The position numbers and the translations under genes were made by a program. A DNA stretch of 64,000 nucleotides. Origin: an uncultured Gammaproteobacteria bacterium (lineage in GTDB: Bacteria > Pseudomonadota > Gammaproteobacteria > UBA9214). The notes below the pieces were generated by a model, which was not told the DNA's origin, made no database searches, and was given only the letters and a program-made list of their open reading frames with translations. Positions within the stretch are counted from its first letter, which is position 1; each line of letters begins with the position of its first letter. Location of the stretch: NCBI GenBank assembly GCA_942491995.1, contig CALOCX010000017.1, positions 67,138 to 131,137 of the forward strand. The letters are read 5' to 3'. This document shows, piece by piece, positions 62,593 to 64,000 of the stretch.

Positions 62593-63777
62593 ATGTTCAA
62601 TTTTACCGCCACACCGCCACTGTCGCTTTACATACACATCCCGTGGTGTGTGAGCAAATGCCCCTACTGTGATTTCAACTCGCATGAAGTCCGCAAAGAA
62701 CTCCCTGAAGAGCGTTACATCGAGGCACTGATTGCCGACCTGGAGCAGGACCTGCCAGCCGTCTGGGGACGCACGGTCGAATCGCTGTTCATCGGCGGCG
62801 GCACACCCAGCCTGTTCTCGTCACGCGGTATTGCACGACTGCTCAGTCAGATCCGCGCACGCATTCCACTGAAACCCGGCGCCGAAATTACCCTTGAAGC
62901 AAACCCGGGCACAGTCGACCAGACGCGCTTCTCAGGCTTCAGGGAAGCCGGCATCAACCGGCTTTCGATGGGTATACAAAGCTTTCAGGACGATTTGCTG
63001 GCGGCGATCGGCCGCATTCATGGCGGCAGCGAAGCCCGAATTGCAGTCGAATCCGCACGCCGCGCTGGATTTGAAAACATCAACCTCGACCTGATGTTTG
63101 GCCTGCCGGCACAAACCACCGCGCAGGCGCTGCTGGACCTGCGCACGGCCGTGGACCTGCATCCGGCACATATCTCCTTTTACGAACTCACCATCGAGCC
63201 GAACACCCGGTTCTTCCGGCACCCGCCCCGGCGGCCGGATGACGATATCCTCTGGGAGATGCAAACAGCGGGGCGATCCCTGCTGGACGCTGCCGGCTAT
63301 CAGCGCTACGAGGTATCGGCCTATGCGCAACCGGGACGACAGTGCCGGCATAACCTCAACTACTGGCGTTTTGGTGACTACCTCGGCATCGGCGCCGGTG
63401 CCCACGCCAAGATCAGCAATGCCGCCACACAGACCATCACGCGTTCATCAAAAGTAAAGCATCCGCGGGCCTACCTTGATGCAGCCGGCAGTGATGCGCG
63501 CATCGGCAGCCGCAACGAATTGTCAGTGGACGACGTCATTCTGGAATTTGCCATGAACAGCCTGCGTCTGGACAATGGTTTCGCGAGATCCTCTTTTACG
63601 GCGGCAACCAGCCTGCCCTATGCCGTGATCGAAACCCGGGTACACACCGCCATTGAGCGTCAATTGATGACAGACGACAATGACATCATCAAGGCGACTG
63701 AAAAAGGACAGCGCTACCTGAACGAGTTACTGCAGCAGTGGATGCCGGAATCACCAAAACATGCTGAAACACGTTGA
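62593..63777 (+). CDS. hemW: radical SAM heme chaperone HemW
   Basis: PPLSLYIHIPWCVSKCPYCDFNS radical-SAM motif and HemW domain. Start at MFNF chosen by homology; 62572 is possible. Confidence 0.85.
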   Translation: MFNFTATPPLSLYIHIPWCVSKCPYCDFNSHEVRKELPEERYIEALIADLEQDLPAVWGRTVESLFIGGGTPSLFSSRGIARLLSQIRARIPLKPGAEITLEANPGTVDQTRFSGFREAGINRLSMGIQSFQDDLLAAIGRIHGGSEARIAVESARRAGFENINLDLMFGLPAQTTAQALLDLRTAVDLHPAHISFYELTIEPNTRFFRHPPRRPDDDILWEMQTAGRSLLDAAGYQRYEVSAYAQPGRQCRHNLNYWRFGDYLGIGAGAHAKISNAATQTITRSSKVKHPRAYLDAAGSDARIGSRNELSVDDVILEFAMNSLRLDNGFARSSFTAATSLPYAVIETRVHTAIERQLMTDDNDIIKATEKGQRYLNELLQQWMPESPKHAETR

Positions 63778-63943
63778 CTGTCCCTATTGCGGCGAACCCT
63801 TTGAAACAAGCGTGGATACATCATGCGGCAACCAGCATTATATTGAAGATTGCCCGGTTTGTTGCCGACCCATTGAATTCCATCTGCAAGTCGGCATGGA
63901 TGGAGAACTGGCCTCGCTGACCACACGGCGCGACGATGACTGA
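63761..63943 (+). CDS. CPXCG-motif cysteine-rich small protein (60 aa)
   Basis: MLKHVDCPYCGEPFETSVDTSCGNQHYIEDCPVCCRPIEFH has two CxxC pairs forming a zinc ribbon. Overlaps the hemW 3' end by 17 nt. Confidence 0.5.
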   Translation: MLKHVDCPYCGEPFETSVDTSCGNQHYIEDCPVCCRPIEFHLQVGMDGELASLTTRRDDD

Positions 63944-64000
63944 CGGCAACCGGCAAGCGTTCAGCTAACAAGGAACTATGGACGATTCACACGACCTCGA

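Noticed and set aside
63978-64000. Possible gene start ATGGACGATTCACACGACCTCGA after an AAGGAA RBS at the window edge
   Set aside because: Only 23 nt are visible, so it cannot be evaluated.

Overview
This 64 kb window is a chromosomal segment from a high-GC (~60%) gammaproteobacterium, almost entirely housekeeping, with gene order strongly reminiscent of Pseudomonadales. It reads in order: pyrB-pyrC'-pyrK-like; pilU-pilT facing proC-yggT; ampG; xth divergent from pyrE; argB-algC-dut-coaBC; radC-rpmB-rpmG; a hydantoinase-family gene divergent from an ABC/GldG/DUF4340 cluster; mutM; ggt-fdx-coaD-rsmD; two M16 peptidases; ftsYEX-rpoH; a caa3-type cytochrome oxidase cluster (coxB-coxA-ctaG-coxC-SURF1-SCO-like-cyoE); bioBFHCD; comF; ubiCA; recG-ridA-spoT-rpoZ-gmk-yicC; rph-rdgB-hemW. 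No rRNA, tRNA, CRISPR, IS element or integrase was recognised. The parts that look accessory or unusual are: (1) a ~1.9 kb island between mutM and ggt with an orphan secreted helical protein, a signal-peptide Lys/Asp-rich protein built on a 9-bp tandem repeat with one 8-bp copy that shifts the frame, ~650 bp of lower-GC non-coding DNA and a 42-codon hydrophobic ORF; (2) a lamin-tail-domain protein with a PEP-CTERM-like anchor inserted between rsmD and the M16 peptidases; (3) four copies of a 52-bp tandem repeat flanked by inverted repeats in the cox cluster; (4) a long-form AlgC with an N-terminal 2-TM sensor-like extension; (5) an orphan PyrK-like flavoprotein cotranscribed with pyrB and a visibly inactive PyrC'. 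Many ORFs in the six-frame track are antisense or alternate-frame artefacts of the high GC content and are not called.
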